From Angelakisella sp. (GTDB taxonomy: Bacteria > Bacillota > Clostridia > Oscillospirales > Ruminococcaceae), in contig JAHHTR010000001.1 in assembly GCA_020024515.1 (NCBI GenBank), forward strand, positions 1,635 through 65,634: DNA of 64,000 nt, given 5' to 3'. This document shows positions 37,501 through 47,546 of this stretch, piece by piece. The stretch's first letter is position 1. Each line of letters opens with the position of its first letter. The notes under the pieces were generated by a model. It was not told where the DNA came from. It made no database searches and was given only the letters and a program-made list of their open reading frames with translations. Made by a program: the position numbers and the translations under genes.

Positions 37501-38157
37501 CATAAGCACCAAAAATTCTTTTGCCTTTTCCGCTTGAATTCTAAGTGGTTCTACTCGACTTTCCAGCTCTGTCATTATATCTTTTAATCTGAGTAAGTTT
37601 TCTTCTGCACCGTCAAGTTTATGTTCTGCCTCGGCTTTTCTGTATCTAAAACGGGAAATACCCGCCGCTTCTTCAAAAATATCACGTCTTTGATTTCCTT
37701 TTTGACTTACAATATCGGCAATTTTTCCCTGTTCTATAACAGAATAACCATCTCGGCCAAGTCCTGTATCCATAAATAATTCGTGAACATCTTTGAGTCT
37801 TACCAAATTCCCATTTATTTTATACTCACTGTCACCACTGCGATATAGCTTTCGTGTAACTGTCACTTCGTCGCTATCCATATCTATATTGTGACTTGTA
37901 TTATCAATAGTTACGGATACTTTTGCAAACCCCTGCGATTTTCGATTGAGTGTTCCCCCAAAAATAACATCTTCCATTTTGCTTCCACGCAAGCTTTTAA
38001 CCGACTGTTCTCCAAAAACCCATTTAATTGCATCACTTACATTGCTTTTACCACTGCCGTTTGGCCCAACTATTGCGGTAACACCATCTTCAAAAGTCAA
38101 TTTTGTGCGATCAGCAAAGGATTTAAAACCTTGCATCTCTATTCCTTTTAGTTTCAA
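34582..38157 (-). CDS. smc: Chromosome segregation protein SMC
   Basis: 1191 aa. N-terminal Walker A GPNGSGKSN, long coiled coils, a hinge, and C-terminal LSGGEQAMVAI plus FVLIDEIEAALD. Confidence 0.95.
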   Translation of the reverse strand: MKLKGIEMQGFKSFADRTKLTFEDGVTAIVGPNGSGKSNVSDAIKWVFGEQSVKSLRGSKMEDVIFGGTLNRKSQGFAKVSVTIDNTSHNIDMDSDEVTVTRKLYRSGDSEYKINGNLVRLKDVHELFMDTGLGRDGYSVIEQGKIADIVSQKGNQRRDIFEEAAGISRFRYRKAEAEHKLDGAEENLLRLKDIMTELESRVEPLRIQAEKAKEFLVLMDERKSLEISLWVKKLENLSEQIKELDDRILLNKAEKESIENQLSKIEEDIENCEKLQQEYLVYFDTKRNFIKNMQESIFDMQTKTAVMQNDIAHNKQMAEMQLKELEKFGQSSEETQKELENKKIVIEKQKEELSHKEAEYNRISADEDRLKSQKLDEKAKLNVINANIEELKQSIAKVQIEKETSGTLIEETKERLETLKKSSESAELIAKLEQELKDAKFFVEELEENIETFANSTKGYDYKISSKREILEEIQTNLRAYEKKASEKLQHAQLLSDMEKNMEGYAGSVKHIIAISSQGSALRGVYGTASSLIDVDKKYALAIEIAMGQAMQNIVVDNENTAKKCISILKSSNNGRATFLPISTLVGSPIDDENLFKIDGFVDVACKLVDTGEKYRGVIDWLLGRIIIAEDIDSAIIIGKAVSHKYKVVSLDGQVVNAGGSLTGGSTGKSGNILSRKSEIELLRTEAKEIAEEMCALEEKENALLREIAEIDAVVLGINSEKRTAEEDLISANAECKRIKMSLDEARERDERAYKETEKLANRIKELENQGLNSMEMIDKLNDELQNLNEKYSLKQSNLQLITEQIEDFNEKESNLQLECVRLEKDIESSQSAIDIFTQRLKMDIYKKEETEQSVKRLNIAIEDLEKQIEENIKNIADGKVQITETQAEIDNKRTEQESTEQKISELRKTEKIVAAKREEIAMDFGRNEEKRLSLQSENDDIVNKMWDDYEVLKSEALEIAVEIEDVQKANKRLSELKNHIKSMGSVNVSAIDEYAEVYQRYTFMSEQIADVENAKAKLLELISQLSTDMCNMFTEKFNAINKNFKEIFKELFGGGTGELLLDDLQNPLESNIEIFVQPPGKIIKNLASLSGGEQAMVAICIYFAILKVSPAPFVLIDEIEAALDDVNVVRFATYLNKLTDNTQFISITHRRGTMEQADVLYGVTMEEKGVSKLLRLNIGEMEEKLKMNIN

Positions 38158-38218
38158 AAAAATCTCTCCCTTACTTTTCGCACATCAATAAACATTAAAG
38201 TCGTTATAAGTCTTATAT

Positions 38219-39217
38219 TTAACTTAAAGCAAACATTTCATTCATATCATTTGTGCCCTGTATAATTGTCACTTTGTAACCCTTATCCACAAGTCTGTCG
38301 ATGTTTCTTTTCTTTTGTCCGACTACTTTTGAATAACCTTTCGGATTTACAGTTATTGTTATTTCCTTCTTGTCGATTTTTGAAAGTTGCGATAGTATAT
38401 CTTCATAAACTTCCTCATTGACGCACAGTTCTCCCAGTGCCTGATGATAACAACCACCCACAATATCAGTCTCCATTGTTTCGGAAGCATGCAGTCCGAC
38501 ACGTATAATTTTTATATTATTCTTCTCAAAAATCTTACGTATTTTGACAAGTCTAGGTAATGTTTCATCTACATTAGGCGGATTATATAAGCCCTGTTTC
38601 ATAAAATCGCACAAGTCTGTATGTTTTAATACAACTGTTGGATATATGCGTACTGTATCGGGATTTAGCATAGCTATTTTTTGTGCTGTCTGTATATCTG
38701 TTTCTTCTGTCGCTCTATATAGTCCGGTCATCATCTGCAAGCCCAATGAAAATCCATAGCTTTTGATTAATCTTGACGCATTTACAACATCTTGTTCGGT
38801 ATGTCCTCTTTTATTTATCCTAAGAACTTCGTTATCCATACTCTGAGCACCGAGCTCTATTGCGGTTACACCATACTGCTTTAATATCTGTAAATGTTCA
38901 TCATCAATAGCATCGGGACGTGTGGAAATTCTGATACCCTTTACTCTTTCATCATTTAAAAAAGAGTTTACGGCTTGTAAAAGTTCAAGCATATACTCTC
39001 TTTTAATTGCTGTAAAGCTGCCTCCAAAAAAAGCTATCTCCACTTCTCCCACTCTCTTCGGCAAATTTTCAAGAGCTTCTTTACATATTGCATAAGCTGT
39101 TATGCCTGTCGGTATATTTACAGTTCCTGATATTGTTTTTTGATTACAAAAGCTGCATTGTTGCGGGCAACCACTATGTGGAACAAATATTGCTATATTA
39201 CCTGCCAACGTTTTCAC
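38219..39217 (-). CDS. Radical SAM protein (ELP3/HemN-like family, function unknown)
   Basis: CPQQCSFCNQ CxxxCxxC motif near the N-terminus. 332 aa. Lies between rnc and smc. Confidence 0.75.
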   Translation of the reverse strand: MKTLAGNIAIFVPHSGCPQQCSFCNQKTISGTVNIPTGITAYAICKEALENLPKRVGEVEIAFFGGSFTAIKREYMLELLQAVNSFLNDERVKGIRISTRPDAIDDEHLQILKQYGVTAIELGAQSMDNEVLRINKRGHTEQDVVNASRLIKSYGFSLGLQMMTGLYRATEETDIQTAQKIAMLNPDTVRIYPTVVLKHTDLCDFMKQGLYNPPNVDETLPRLVKIRKIFEKNNIKIIRVGLHASETMETDIVGGCYHQALGELCVNEEVYEDILSQLSKIDKKEITITVNPKGYSKVVGQKKRNIDRLVDKGYKVTIIQGTNDMNEMFALS

Positions 39218-39905
39218 CCATAAGCTGTAAAGCTTCCTTTGCCGCTAATTGCTCCGCACTCTTTTTACTGCTCGATTTTCCCCTACCTATAACATTACTG
39301 TTTAGGTGTACTTCCACTTCAAAAACTTTGTCGTGGTCAGGGCCTGTTTCAGAAACCAATACATAAGATACCTTTTCCTCAGGATTTTTCTGTATTATTT
39401 CTTGCAACATTGTTTTGTAGTCCAAGAATGAATGTTGAGTATTGTGTTCAAGTTCGTCTTTTACAAAAGAAAGCACAAATTTTGACGCAGGTTCCAGTCC
39501 TCCGTCAAGATATATGCTTGCTATTACTGCCTCAAAAGCATCTGAAACAACTGACGGTCTTGTGCGTCCACCCATTAGTTCTTCGCCTTTGCCAAGTAAC
39601 AAATAGTTACCAAGTTGTATTTTTTCTGCAAATTCAAACAATGATTTCTCACATACAAGTGATGCTCTTATCTTTGTTAAATCACCCTCATCAAGATGAA
39701 ATTTATGGAATATATGATTTGATACTACTATTGAAAGCACAGCATCACCCAAAAATTCCATTCTTTCGTTACTTTCCGGTTTTTGTTTTGCTTCATTTGA
39801 GAAAGAGGAATGTGTTAATGCACGCTCCAAATAACCTATATTTGTATACTTATAACCTATTTTTTCTTGAAGTTCAAACAATCTGTCTTTATTACTCATT
39901 GCCAT
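39198..39905 (-). CDS. rnc: Ribonuclease III
   Basis: ERMEFLGDAVL signature and a C-terminal dsRBD (...DHDKVFEVEVHLN...GRGKSSSKKSAEQLAAKEAL). Confidence 0.95.
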   Translation of the reverse strand: MAMSNKDRLFELQEKIGYKYTNIGYLERALTHSSFSNEAKQKPESNERMEFLGDAVLSIVVSNHIFHKFHLDEGDLTKIRASLVCEKSLFEFAEKIQLGNYLLLGKGEELMGGRTRPSVVSDAFEAVIASIYLDGGLEPASKFVLSFVKDELEHNTQHSFLDYKTMLQEIIQKNPEEKVSYVLVSETGPDHDKVFEVEVHLNSNVIGRGKSSSKKSAEQLAAKEALQLMGENVGR

Positions 39906-40929
39906 CTTCCTTTTTTTCTATTTCTTGTTGTTCAAGTTCTCTCATTGAACTTTCTATAACTTCTATTATTTTTGAATCCACACATGCTATTGCTTGTTTT
40001 ATTGCACTTCTGAAAGCACGTGCATCTGATGAGCCATGTGCTTTTATTACAGGCATTTTTACACCCAAAAGTATTGCACCGCCACATTCCTTATAGTCAA
40101 ATTTTACTTTAAATGCCTTCAACTGTTTACTTACGCACACTGCACCTATCTTTGAAATAGCATTGCTCATAAACATAGATTTAAGAGAATTTTTCATCAT
40201 TTTACCCATTCCTTCGGTAAGTTTCAGTACAATATTCCCTGTAAATCCGTCACAAACAGCTACATCACAGCCACCTAGCGGCAAATCTCTTGCTTCAATA
40301 TTTCCTATATAATTTATTTCCTTACAATATTTTAACAGTACATTTGTTTCTACTTGCAGTGGTGTTCCCTTGGAGTCCTCTGTACCGATATTTACCAGTC
40401 CGACACGTGGGTTTGCTATTCCCAAAACTTCTTTTGCATATATTGAACCCATAATAGCAAACTGTCTTAGCATTTCGGGACGACACTCAGAATTTGCTCC
40501 TGAGTCCAAAAGTACATATCTACCTGTTTCGCAAGGAATAACAGTTGTTATCGCAGGACGTTTTATTCCTTTTATACGTTTTGCAATAAATGTTGCACCA
40601 ACAGATACAGCACCGGTACTTCCAGCACTGACAAAGGCATCACCTTTGCCTTCTGCAAGAAGATTAAAGCCTACCGCCATAGATGAATTACTGTATTGTG
40701 GCTTTATCAGTTTTGTAGGATCTTCACAAACAGGCATAATATCAGGCGCATCAACTATTTCTATTCTATCCATAGAAATATTATTTTCCTGTGCTACCTT
40801 TGTTATTTTCTCTCTACTACCTGTCAAAATTATATCCACACCAAACTCTTTAACAGCAAGTGATGCACCTTTTATAACTTCCAAAGGTGCATGATCTCCA
40901 CCAAAAGCATCTAAAATTATCTTTGCCAT
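39892..40929 (-). CDS. plsX: Phosphate acyltransferase PlsX
   Basis: MAKIILDAFGGDHAP..., ...GSTGA..., 345 aa, PlsX-typical throughout. Confidence 0.95.
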   Translation of the reverse strand: MAKIILDAFGGDHAPLEVIKGASLAVKEFGVDIILTGSREKITKVAQENNISMDRIEIVDAPDIMPVCEDPTKLIKPQYSNSSMAVGFNLLAEGKGDAFVSAGSTGAVSVGATFIAKRIKGIKRPAITTVIPCETGRYVLLDSGANSECRPEMLRQFAIMGSIYAKEVLGIANPRVGLVNIGTEDSKGTPLQVETNVLLKYCKEINYIGNIEARDLPLGGCDVAVCDGFTGNIVLKLTEGMGKMMKNSLKSMFMSNAISKIGAVCVSKQLKAFKVKFDYKECGGAILLGVKMPVIKAHGSSDARAFRSAIKQAIACVDSKIIEVIESSMRELEQQEIEKKEDGNE

Positions 40930-41000
40930 AGTCTCTCAATCTCCTTTTTTATCTCCTATTATACAAGTGCTGTATTAATTTTAAGAAAAGTTTTTAATTT

Positions 41001-42317
41001 TTAACCATTCATTCTTTGCAAATAGTCTTGCATAGCTGTTAAGCCTCTTTGTGCATATTCCGTATATTTTGCTTGTTTTTCACGAGTTGTTGTTTCAAGC
41101 TTTGGTAAAATGCCCATATTACTGCCTAATGGCTGAAAATCTATTACTTCGGGATTGCTTATGTATCTGCACAATGAACCTATCATTGTTTCAATTGGCG
41201 GTACATCAAGTTTTTTACCCTGTAATCTTTTTAGCATTGCGTGTCCTGCTATAAGTCCCGATGCTGCTGATTCTGTATATCCTTCAACACCTGTCATTTG
41301 TCCGGCAAAGAATATTCTGTTATCACTCTTTAAGTTAAATGTTCCGTCAAGAAGTCGTGGCGAATCAATAAAAGTATTTCTATGCATAACACCATATCTT
41401 ACAAACTCTGCATTTTCAAGTCCCGGAATTAATGAAAATACTCTCTTTTGTTCACCGAAAAGCAAGTTTGTTTGAAATCCTACCATATTATACATATCTC
41501 CGCTCTCTGTCTCTTTGCGAAGTTGCAAATTTGCCCATGGGCGATGGTTAGTATATGGATTTACTATTCCCACCGGACGCATAGGTCCAAAACGCATAGT
41601 ATCTATGCCTCGTTTAGCCATAATTTCTATTGGCATACAGCCCTCATACACCTTAAAGTATTCTCTTTCAAATTCGTGTAATTCCGCTGTCTTCGCATCA
41701 ATAAGCTCATTATAGAATAATTCATATTCTTCTTTATTGAATGGACAGTTTATATAGTCCGCATCGCCTCTGTCATATCTTGCCGCAAAAAAAGTCTTTC
41801 CTTTATCAATACTTTCTGCCAATATAATAGGTGCTGACGCATCATAAAAGCTTAAATATTTGTTGCCGCAAACGCTACCAATTGTATCTGCAAAAGCTTT
41901 TGAAGTAAGCGGACCTGTTGATATAATAAGTTCACCGCTTGGTATTTCAGTCACTTCACCATATTTAACAGTGATATTGGGGTGACTTTTAATTTCCTTT
42001 GTAATCTCATCTGAAAAAGCCTTTCTGTCAACAGCCAAAGCTCCTCCTGCCGATACCGCTGTTTTTTCGGCACACTTTAATATTAGCGAACCTAACATTC
42101 TCATTTCTGTTTTTAGCATTCCCGCGGCTGAGTTTTCTCGTGTAGCTTTTAATGAATTTGAACAAACTAGCTCACCAAAACCGTCATATTTATGTGCCTC
42201 ACTGTATTTTGTCGGTTTCATCTCGCACAGTGTAACCTGTACACCGTTATTTGCAAGTATCCATGCCGCCTCGCACCCTGCGAGGCCGGCACCGATGACC
42301 GTCACTTTTTTATCCAT
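41001..42317 (-). CDS. trmFO: Methylenetetrahydrofolate--tRNA-(uracil-5)-methyltransferase TrmFO
   Basis: VTVIGAGLAGCEAAW FAD motif. 438 aa. Classic dprA-topA-trmFO synteny. Confidence 0.9.
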   Translation of the reverse strand: MDKKVTVIGAGLAGCEAAWILANNGVQVTLCEMKPTKYSEAHKYDGFGELVCSNSLKATRENSAAGMLKTEMRMLGSLILKCAEKTAVSAGGALAVDRKAFSDEITKEIKSHPNITVKYGEVTEIPSGELIISTGPLTSKAFADTIGSVCGNKYLSFYDASAPIILAESIDKGKTFFAARYDRGDADYINCPFNKEEYELFYNELIDAKTAELHEFEREYFKVYEGCMPIEIMAKRGIDTMRFGPMRPVGIVNPYTNHRPWANLQLRKETESGDMYNMVGFQTNLLFGEQKRVFSLIPGLENAEFVRYGVMHRNTFIDSPRLLDGTFNLKSDNRIFFAGQMTGVEGYTESAASGLIAGHAMLKRLQGKKLDVPPIETMIGSLCRYISNPEVIDFQPLGSNMGILPKLETTTREKQAKYTEYAQRGLTAMQDYLQRMNG

Positions 42318-42357
42318 TGATTGTTTCTCCTGTACTATTTCAAGTTAAATAACATAA

Positions 42358-44562
42358 TTATTTGTTGTTATCCAATATTTCGTAACCGCAACCCTCTTTT
42401 AAACAATGTATCCTCTTTGTTCTTCCGGTTGTTTTAAATAATGTTGCACCACATTTTGGGCATTTATCCGATATTGGCAAATCCCATGTCATAAATTCGC
42501 AGTTTGGATTGTCTTCACAGCCATAGTATGTTCTGCCTGCTTTTGACTTCTTTTGTATAATCTTTTTGCCACACAGCGGACAAATTCCACCTGTCTCTTT
42601 TACAATACGTTTTGTATTGCGACACTCAGGGAATGCCGGGCAAGCGAGAAATTTACCGAATCTTCCTGTCTTAATAACCATTTTGCGTCCACATAATTCA
42701 CATTCAATATCTGTCTCCTCATCAGGAATACGCATATCTCTGCCTTCCATATGTTCTTCCGCAATTTCCATATTTTCTTTGAATGCTGTGTAGAATGTTT
42801 TTATCATTTCTTTCCAGTTTACACTGCCTTCTTCTACTTTATCAAGATAGGACTCTATACCGGCAGTAAAGCCTGTGTCAACAATATCCGCAAACTCCTC
42901 TTTCATAAGCTGAGTTGTGATTTCACCCAAAAGCGTAGGTTTCAGAACTTTCTGCTCACGTTCAACATATCCTCTAAGCTGAATTGTTGTTATTGTAGGT
43001 GCATAGGTACTTGGACGTCCTATACCGTTTTCTTCAAGTTCTTTTATCAGTGTAGCTTCTGTATAGCGTGGTGGTGGCTGTGTAAAGTGTTGATTGCCTT
43101 TGATTTCCTTTACTTTTAATTTTTCGTTTTCAGATAGTTCCGGCAGTGATGTACCCTTTTCTTCGTCTGCATCTGTATATAGCACTGTGTAACCATCGAA
43201 ATTAACTGTAAAACCTGATGCTTTAAAGTTATATTTATCAGCCTTTATATCAACTGAAACAGTATTATAAATAGCCTCTGCCATTTGGCTTGCCACAAAT
43301 CTGTCCCATATCATTTTGTATAATTTATATTGGTCAGATGTTAAATTTTCTTTTATCTGTTGTGGTGTAAGCTCTATTACTGATGGACGAATAGCTTCGT
43401 GTCCGTCCTGTGCGTTTTTGTTTGTTTTAAATTTGCGGGGAGTACTCAAAGCATATTTATCGCCGTATTTATTTAAAATAAGCTCGTTTGCCTTTGCAAG
43501 TGCCTCATCTGATATACGCAAAGAGTCTGTACGCATATAGGTTATAAGACCTACCGCACCGTATCCGTCAACGTTTACACCTTCATATAGCTCCTGAGCT
43601 ACCTTCATTGTACGTTTTGCTTGAAAACCCAGTCTTTTTGATGCCTCTTGCTGCAAAGTTGATGTTATATATGGTGGTGGTGGTGTTTTTTTACGGATAC
43701 CTTTTTTGATGCCTGTTACTGTAAATTCAGCAGTCTTTAAATTTTCTAGAATTATATCTGCTTCTTCTTTGCTCTTTATCTCGGCTTTTTTTCCATTGAT
43801 TCCATAATATTTTACAGCAAATGGTTTTTGCTCTGTCTTTGTTCCGCTTACCTTACTAACCATTCCGTCTATTGTCCAGTATTCCTGTGGCTCAAAGTTT
43901 TGTATTTCGTGTTCTCTGTCAACAATCATACGTACTGTTACAGATTGCACACGCCCTGCTGATAAATTTGGACGAACCTTCTTCCACAAAAACGGACTGA
44001 GCTCATATCCCACTATTCTGTCAAGAACACGTCTTGCTTGCTGTGCATCTACAAGCTGCAAATCTATACTACGTGGGTTATTCATACCACTTTGTACACC
44101 GGTTTTTGTTATTTCGTTAAAGGTAACACGATTTTTCTTTGTTATATCAATATCCAAAATATGTGCCAAGTGCCATGAAATTGCCTCCCCCTCACGGTCA
44201 GGATCAGTTGCAAGATATACTTTTGAACAGTTTTTCGCCGCTGTCTTTAATTGTTTTATTAAATCACCTTTACCGCGAATTGTCATATATTGTGGCTCAA
44301 AATCATGTTCAACATCTACGCCCAGACGGCTCTTTGGCAAATCACGAACATGTCCCATTGTTGCCAAAACTTCGTAACCTTTGCCCAAATATTTTTTTAT
44401 GGTTGTAGCCTTTGTTGGTGACTCCACTATTACAAGTTTATCATATCCACCCTTTGTGGCAGATAACTTTGTTGTCGTTTTCTTTGCAACCTTTTTAGTT
44501 GTTGCAGCTGTCTTTTTTGTATCTTTTGTAACGTCTTTCGTTGCTGTTTTTTTTGTTGCCAT
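42358..44562 (-). CDS. topA: DNA topoisomerase I
   Basis: TOPRIM (LVIVESPTKA...DPDREGEAI), catalytic region (...ITYMRTDS...) and three C-terminal Cys4 zinc ribbons. Extra Lys/Thr/Ala-rich N-terminal tail. Confidence 0.95.
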   Translation of the reverse strand: MATKKTATKDVTKDTKKTAATTKKVAKKTTTKLSATKGGYDKLVIVESPTKATTIKKYLGKGYEVLATMGHVRDLPKSRLGVDVEHDFEPQYMTIRGKGDLIKQLKTAAKNCSKVYLATDPDREGEAISWHLAHILDIDITKKNRVTFNEITKTGVQSGMNNPRSIDLQLVDAQQARRVLDRIVGYELSPFLWKKVRPNLSAGRVQSVTVRMIVDREHEIQNFEPQEYWTIDGMVSKVSGTKTEQKPFAVKYYGINGKKAEIKSKEEADIILENLKTAEFTVTGIKKGIRKKTPPPPYITSTLQQEASKRLGFQAKRTMKVAQELYEGVNVDGYGAVGLITYMRTDSLRISDEALAKANELILNKYGDKYALSTPRKFKTNKNAQDGHEAIRPSVIELTPQQIKENLTSDQYKLYKMIWDRFVASQMAEAIYNTVSVDIKADKYNFKASGFTVNFDGYTVLYTDADEEKGTSLPELSENEKLKVKEIKGNQHFTQPPPRYTEATLIKELEENGIGRPSTYAPTITTIQLRGYVEREQKVLKPTLLGEITTQLMKEEFADIVDTGFTAGIESYLDKVEEGSVNWKEMIKTFYTAFKENMEIAEEHMEGRDMRIPDEETDIECELCGRKMVIKTGRFGKFLACPAFPECRNTKRIVKETGGICPLCGKKIIQKKSKAGRTYYGCEDNPNCEFMTWDLPISDKCPKCGATLFKTTGRTKRIHCLKEGCGYEILDNNK

Positions 44563-44636
44563 CGTTTTACCTACCTAAATATAATATATTTAAAACGGAG
44601 GAATATCCTCCATAGAAGTTATTTTTTTAAAAATCG

Positions 44637-45857
44637 CTATGCCAAAATATAAGTTCTGCCGGCTGTTGCTGTAATAAGTCCGAATAGTTCCAATTGCGTC
44701 AATACTGACAGTAGTTTTTGCATAGGTATTTTAAGTTTTCGTGCTATCTCATCAGATGTTATCGGTGACTTGTCTATAAGCAAAAAGACTTCTTTTTGCA
44801 ATTCATTAAGATAAGGTGGGAGTGTTGTACTTTTATTTTCTTCTTTCTTTATTTCTTCATTCTTATTTTCTTTTATTACTATTTTTTCTTGTATTATATC
44901 AACATCACTTATTATTTTTACAGATACACATCTTTCATCTATATTTCCCATATCTTCTTTATTCTCTGTTTCTAAATGGATATATGGATATTCTTCTATT
45001 ATTTCTTTTGCCGATGTTGCAATAACAGCACCCTCACGAGCAAGCCAATTCGTCGCCTCAGACTGTGGAGAAAATATATTCCCTGGTACAACAAAAACAT
45101 CTCTGCCTTGTGTCAACGCATGTCCCGCTGTAATTAGCGAACCGCTTTTGTGAGTGCCTTCCACAACTAATACACCTTTTGATATTGCTGATATAATTCT
45201 ATTGCGTATAGGGAAATGATAAGACATTGGTGGTGATGTGGGCGGATATTCTGTCATTATCAGACCACCATTTTCCATTATCACTCTTGCAAGCTCTTTG
45301 TTTGACGCCGGATATATATTTCCCAGACCTGAACCCAAAACAGCTATTGTTCTGCCATTTGCTATCAAAGTTTCCCTATGTACAACAGTATCTATACCTT
45401 TTGCAAGTCCACTTACCGTAACCACCTTGTATTTTGCAAAATCTCTGCTAAAAATACTTGCTACCTGTATACCATATTCACTCGGATTTCGTGTACCGAC
45501 TATTCCTATTGCTATTTCTGTTTTAAGTATTGTTATATCACCTTTATAGTAAATAACAAGCGGTGGAGAATATATATTTCTTAAATTATCAGGATAGTAT
45601 TCACAATCAATAGTAATAATCTTTATATCATTTTCTTCACAATCTGTTACTATCTTTTCAGCGATAACACGGTATTTATCAATATTTTGTAGTTTTTTTC
45701 TGTCATTTTGAGTAAGTAGAGTATTATTTTGATATTCAAAATCTCTCTGTGCAAAAAGTTTATCGGGAGAAGTATACGCATCAATTATCTTTTGAGCTTT
45801 TGTACTTCCATATCCAAACATTTCTTGTAACATTATCCACTCAATAGTACTTGCCAA
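44637..45857 (-). CDS. dprA: DNA processing protein DprA
   Basis: GIVGTRNPSEYG, SGLAKGIDTVVHRETL and a C-terminal winged-helix region. 406 aa. Confidence 0.9.
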   Translation of the reverse strand: MASTIEWIMLQEMFGYGSTKAQKIIDAYTSPDKLFAQRDFEYQNNTLLTQNDRKKLQNIDKYRVIAEKIVTDCEENDIKIITIDCEYYPDNLRNIYSPPLVIYYKGDITILKTEIAIGIVGTRNPSEYGIQVASIFSRDFAKYKVVTVSGLAKGIDTVVHRETLIANGRTIAVLGSGLGNIYPASNKELARVIMENGGLIMTEYPPTSPPMSYHFPIRNRIISAISKGVLVVEGTHKSGSLITAGHALTQGRDVFVVPGNIFSPQSEATNWLAREGAVIATSAKEIIEEYPYIHLETENKEDMGNIDERCVSVKIISDVDIIQEKIVIKENKNEEIKKEENKSTTLPPYLNELQKEVFLLIDKSPITSDEIARKLKIPMQKLLSVLTQLELFGLITATAGRTYILA

Positions 45858-45872
45858 AACATCACCTCATTA

Positions 45873-46667
45873 TTATTTTTGCGACATCTCCCACATCAAC
45901 ACTGTTGCCGCTGATGCTGCATTTAGTGACTCGATATTTTCTGTCATTGGTATATATACGGTTTTTGAACACTTTTCGTAAGTTTCCTTTAAAATTCCAT
46001 TACCCTCGTTACCGATAACAACTGCTATTCCACCTTTTCCTATTTGCATTTCCGATGGTTTAATTGATTTTTTATTTAGTATTGCCGCATAGACAAATGT
46101 ATTTTTTATTTTCATTTCTTCTATTATATCAGTAATGCTATCCACTTCTATAATCGGCATACGCAAAGAACTACCCATTGCGCTACGCAAAACCTTCGGA
46201 CTGCATACATCTACACTGTCCTTTGATACTATTACAGATGTCATTCCAAAAGCCTCTGCACATCTTATTATTGTACCCATATTACCGGGATCTTGCAAAT
46301 TTTCGAGTATAATAAATTTACTGTTATTTGTAAAACTTATATCATTTCGGCTATGATTTGGTCTTTGCACTATTGAAAAAACACCCTGAGTATGTTGTGT
46401 ATTTGCTATATAGTTTGCGAGTACATCTGTTATTATATATACATTCTTTGCTAAATTTATTGTATTTCTTAGTTCTATACTATATTTTTCAAATGCAATT
46501 TGTGTCAAAAGTACAACCTCTGCAACATATCCACTCCTTGTGGCATCTGTACATAGACGAAGTCCTTCCAAAAAAAGCAGTCCGCTTTTTCTTCTTTCTT
46601 TTGCACTTTTATTTAATTGTACTGCCTGTTTTATAATAGAATTATCTTTTGATGTTATGTTTTTCAC
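45873..46667 (-). CDS. TrmH/SpoU-family RNA 2'-O-methyltransferase
   Basis: SPOUT motifs ILENLQDPGNMGTIIRCAEAFG, VVIGNEGNGI and IPMTENIESLNAASAATVLMWE. Start moved to GTG 46667, which is preceded by AAGGAGA. Confidence 0.85.
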   Translation of the reverse strand: MKNITSKDNSIIKQAVQLNKSAKERRKSGLLFLEGLRLCTDATRSGYVAEVVLLTQIAFEKYSIELRNTINLAKNVYIITDVLANYIANTQHTQGVFSIVQRPNHSRNDISFTNNSKFIILENLQDPGNMGTIIRCAEAFGMTSVIVSKDSVDVCSPKVLRSAMGSSLRMPIIEVDSITDIIEEMKIKNTFVYAAILNKKSIKPSEMQIGKGGIAVVIGNEGNGILKETYEKCSKTVYIPMTENIESLNAASAATVLMWEMSQK

Positions 46668-46870
46668 AATTATCTCCTTAATAAACACATTAATAAAGTT
46701 TATTTTTTTATAGAGTACATTATAAAGCATTTTTTAATAAAAAGCAAAGAAAAATAAATCAAAAAATAAAAATTTGTTCTTTTATCATACTTAGCATCTT
46801 GAAAATATCAATTAATTTACATATACAGTTTATTTTTTTATAATTTTGTTAATAAATATTTTCCAAATAC

Positions 46871-46909
46871 TAAAACTATGCACCCGTATCGAAAAACTGA
46901 TACGAGTGC
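46871..46909 (-). terminator. Intrinsic terminator after rplT
   Basis: Minus-strand GCACUCGUAUC-AGUUUUUC-GAUACGGGUGC followed by AUAGUUUUAG. Confidence 0.65.
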
Positions 46910-46922
46910 AATTAAAAGAAAA

Positions 46923-47276
46923 TTATAGAGCTTTCTTTGCTTGTTCTACAAGAGCAGCAAATGCAGCAACATCATTAATTGCAAGTTCAGACAAAACTTT
47001 ACGGTTTAGACCAATACCTGCTTTTTTAAGACCATTCATAAATGTGCTGTAATTGATATCATTCATTTTGCAAGCTGCTGAAATACGTGTTATCCATAGA
47101 CGTCTGAAATCTCTTTTCTTTAGACGTCTGCCAACGTATGCGTAGTTTCCTGACTTCATAACAGCTTGTTTAGCCATTTTAAAGTGTGAGTGCTTAGCAC
47201 CAAAGCATCCACGTGCAAGTTTTAGTACCTTTTTTCTTCTTTTATGTGTCATAGTCGCTCTCTTAACACGAGCCAT
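46923..47276 (-). CDS. rplT: 50S ribosomal protein L20
   Basis: [42 protein letters not shown]... is canonical L20. Confidence 0.95.
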   Translation of the reverse strand: MARVKRATMTHKRRKKVLKLARGCFGAKHSHFKMAKQAVMKSGNYAYVGRRLKKRDFRRLWITRISAACKMNDINYSTFMNGLKKAGIGLNRKVLSELAINDVAAFAALVEQAKKAL

Positions 47277-47326
47277 ATCCTTATACCTCCGTTATAAAAT
47301 CAATCTTTAGATATAGTAAATACAAA

Positions 47327-47524
47327 TTATTTACCTGGCATTAACAGTTTCAATGTTTTTACATTTGAAGCATCTGCGTAAGTACCTTGTCTTAGGTTTC
47401 TCTTACGTTTTGATGTTTTCTTGTTTAGTATATGGCTTTTAAAAGCCTTTGCTCTCTTAACCTTACCTGTTTTTGTAAGCTTAAAACGTTTTTTAGCACC
47501 TGTATGTGTTTTTAGCTTTGGCAT
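47327..47524 (-). CDS. rpmI: 50S ribosomal protein L35
   Basis: [45 protein letters not shown]... is canonical L35. Confidence 0.95.
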   Translation of the reverse strand: MPKLKTHTGAKKRFKLTKTGKVKRAKAFKSHILNKKTSKRKRNLRQGTYADASNVKTLKLLMPGK

Positions 47525-47546
47525 ATCTTTATCCTCCCAATAATTT

